A stretch of 63,799 nt of DNA, the filler included, from Nemertoderma westbladi (lineage: Eukaryota > Animalia > Xenacoelomorpha): NCBI GenBank assembly GCA_032718475.1. It is 3 parts of 3 records of this genome, joined end to end, with 100 filler letters (N's around TTAATTAATTAA, not from the genome) between each part and the next. Parts side by side here need not be neighbours in the genome. Positions count along the whole stretch, not along the records: positions 48,631 to 63,799 come from JAUCBJ010004531.1; 2 more parts are not named here. One strand, written 5' to 3'. The notes beneath the pieces were generated by a model that searched no databases, was not told where the DNA came from, and saw only the letters and a program-made list of their open reading frames with translations. Every line of letters starts with the position of its first letter. The stretch's first letter is position 1. This document shows positions 60,781-63,799 of this stretch, in pieces. The position numbers and the translations under genes were made by a program.

Positions 60781-63700
60781 CGACTTTTGTTTCCCCAACA
60801 CTTTCACCGCTAACTCCGCTCCACTTTCACCCTAACTCTTCTCTACTTCTCCTCACTCTCGCTCTAACCCTCGGACCTCCTTGTCCCTCACTCTATCTCT
60901 CACTCCTCCCCCCCCCACACTTGAATTGCACTCGCACTCTCTCCTCGCGTTCTCTACTCAACCTCTCGCTATCTTTCTTGCGTTCTCCTCTCATACTCTT
61001 CTCACATTCCTCTCATACTCCTCTCATACTCCTCACTCTCCACGCCTGTGGTCCCACCAAGTGCCCCTCCTACTCGTATCCCGGTAGTGCCCATCTGCAC
61101 GATTCTTATCCCGCAGGATACGAGCTTTCACAATAAATCCTGAGCTCCGCCCTGTTGTTCAATGACCACGCACTTATCGGGTCCCACGCATGTGTGCACA
61201 TGTTAGTGGGAGCCGTCTAAGTCCCGTCCTGTCGCCCTAGTCAATTAGTCCCCAGTCCTAGTAGCTAATTGGAAAAAGGTTGTGCTTGACTAGGTACATA
61301 TTATATGGTCGTCTACATCCTACTACCCACTACTCTCTCTCCGCCTTTCTCGCCTGGCGACTTCTTCCAGTCGCTTCCCCTCCAGTCTATCCGCTTCCAA
61401 CTTCTCCCAGCTCTCTTGTGTATCCACCTCCCTGTCTACTAGATGCCGGCTGTTGTATTACACCGACTCGCCCTCCAGCCCCGGGTGGTCTACCAGACCT
61501 CCAAGCCCCTAGAAGGCCCTTCTGTAGTTCTGGAGGTGATCCTGATATTCTTAACTTTCATTCTTATTCTGTTTCACCCATGTTTGCCCCTGTGCTATCA
61601 TACTATCTACTTACCTACTAACTTCTTGTCTAACTAACTCTGCTAACTCTAATTCTACTACTACCTCTAACTCCGCTACTAACTCTCTACTAAGTCTACT
61701 CCACTAGCTCTACTAACTCTGCTAACTCCATTTACTCTCTACTAACTCTACTCCACTAGCTCTACTAACTCTGCTAACTCCACTAGCTCTACTAACTCCC
61801 TGGCTCTACTGACTCTCTAACTCTACTGACTCTCTAACTCTACTGACTCTCTAACTCTACTGGCTCTCTAACTCTACTGGCTCTCTACCTCCACTAACTC
61901 TACTGACTCTCTACCTCTACTTCTGCCAACTCTACTGACTCTCTACCTCTGCCAACTCTACTGACTCTCTAACTTCTACTAACTCTCTACCTCTACTAAC
62001 TCTACTGACTCTCTACCTCTACTTCTGCCAACTCTACTGACTCTCTACCTCTGCCAACTCTACTGACTCTCTAACTTCTACTAACTCTCTACCTCTACTA
62101 ACTCTACTGACTCTCTACCTCTACTTCTGCCAACTCTACTGACTCTCTACCTCTGCTAACTCTACTAACTTTCTAACTAACGGTACTACGTACCCTCTTA
62201 CTACTCTTACTAACTCCTCTAACTATCGGTACTACGTACCTCTTACTACCCCTACTAACTCCTCTAGCTAACGGTACTACGTACCCTCTTACTACTCTCA
62301 CTAACTCCTCTACCTGCACGCGACGCTCTGAGCGCCGGCAGAGTGGGTATGTTAATTGTGTAGACTACTGCTAACTCTACCTCCATCTACGTGGCGCTTG
62401 CGGTGCCCACAACCACAACCGGTACTACGTACCCTCTTACTAACTCTACCTCTATCTACGTGGCGCTAACGGTGCCCACAACCACAACCGGTACTACGTA
62501 CCCTCTTACTAACTCTACCTCCATCTACGTGGCGCTAACAGTGCCCACAACCACAACCGGTACTACGTACCCTCTTACTAACTCTACCTCTACTCTGCTA
62601 ATACTAACCCTAATTAACATACCCTGCTCTTACATCAAACACGTCATCACGCCTGTGCCATACTTTGTTCAACGCACCCCCTGTACCCTTCTCATCTCTC
62701 CCACCTTTCTCCTCTAGCTCACCCTACTTGTTTCCTCTAGCTTGTTCTTGGTTGTTTATACTGCGGATATTTTGTAATGGGGGAATGTCACCCTGCCCCC
62801 CCCCCCCCACCAGTGTTATGTTTGGTACTGGGGTTGATGTTAATATATTGGGGCCCATCCATCTATCTGCAATATCCCCCTCAACCGCGTCTTTGTTATG
62901 CCCCTGTGATATTATAGTCATGCTGCCGTACCGATATAGGCCTACCCACTTCTTGCCTACCTACCGGCATGTACTCCGCGACTTCCGGGTTTAATCCCGT
63001 CGTCCGCGCTACCCTATCGCCTATTCTATCTCTCCCAGCATGGCCTATAATAGTATGTGCAGTAAGGCCTACAGTATGTCCTTCCTCTTGTCTGCATGTG
63101 CCCTTCCGAACCGAAGTTTAATTCTCTCGAATCTCGAATCTCCCCGCGACTACCGTACTCTCGATCGGCAGCTACATCCGTCGGGAAGTTTCTCTTCGAT
63201 CCCCTATCCTGCTCTCGTCTTCGTATCGGTACATCCTGTACCACTCTCCTGATGTGCGGTGCGTTTCTCCGGGGCGACGGCAATCTCCCGAAGTTCGACC
63301 CCACTCGCTACTAATCTCTCGTGGTGGGGCACCCGTAGCCCCCCCCCCCCCCCTCCCACTCGCCACATCTTACTTCACTATATCTTACTCCACTTCTACA
63401 CCCCTCTCTAGTCGACGCACTGTCTCTACTGCGGTTGGGTCTATTCACCCCCGCCTCTCTCTCTACTACTGCGTGGCCTACCAGGCCCATCTCGGGTTGA
63501 CTCAACCCCGCTGCTCCCTGCCTACTAACTACGTTGCCTTGCAGGCTACCGTTGGCCGGACCATCTGTGTCTACATTAGTATTAATAGCGCCGTTATCAA
63601 TGTTATTATTTAGGTTATTCAAATTAGAATTATTATTATTTTCTAAATTTAAATTATTATTCGAATTATTTGGATTATTCTGAATATTTGAATTAATATT

Positions 63701-63799
63701 ATTATTTGAATTTAAATTTAAATTACCGGGTAAAATATTTCCTGTAATAAAGGGATTAGGGTTATCTACTACGGTACTATTAATATTAACATTTTCTAG
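60781..63799 (-). mobile_element. Internally deleted relative of Bel/Pao element 1 (3' UTR, extra-ORF remnant, repeat array, integrase-end remnant, possible gag start)
   Basis: 60781-61280 resembles 52339-52650; 61335-61530 resembles 54240-54437; 61620-62600 is a CTAACT / GGTACTACGTACC array. Confidence 0.75.

Noticed and set aside
62391-62717. Mucin-like (TVPTTTTGTTYPLTNSTS)n ORF
   Set aside because: Translation of the 60-bp unit of the retroelement's internal repeat array, on the strand opposite to the element.

Overview
Eukaryotic DNA, most likely from an invertebrate animal, AT-rich and dense in transposons, with two artificial scaffold gaps. I recognise four host genes, all strikingly intron-poor: VPS8 (one coding intron, filled by a fold-back 15-bp satellite), an intronless heparan sulfate N-deacetylase/N-sulfotransferase (NDST), an intronless cytochrome b561 and a short ABRA/Costars-domain gene. 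There is also an isolated CUB-domain exon and a duplicated PY-motif terminal exon. The rest is RTE-like LINE fragments, SINEs, nested MITEs (hAT-, Harbinger-, Mutator- and P-like), tandem repeats and Bel/Pao LTR retrotransposons. The most unusual signal is a decayed Bel/Pao element at 51.5-59.5 kb. Between pol and its 3' LTR it carries an extra ORF of about 860 aa. Read across two frameshifts and one hairpin insertion, this ORF gives a WRN/EXD/Mut-7-like DEDDy 3'-5' exonuclease domain followed by three CCHC zinc knuckles. A related, deleted copy at 60.0-63.8 kb keeps a remnant of the same ORF, and the two LTRs share hairpins with compensatory base changes. All assignments come from reading motifs by eye; no database search was run.
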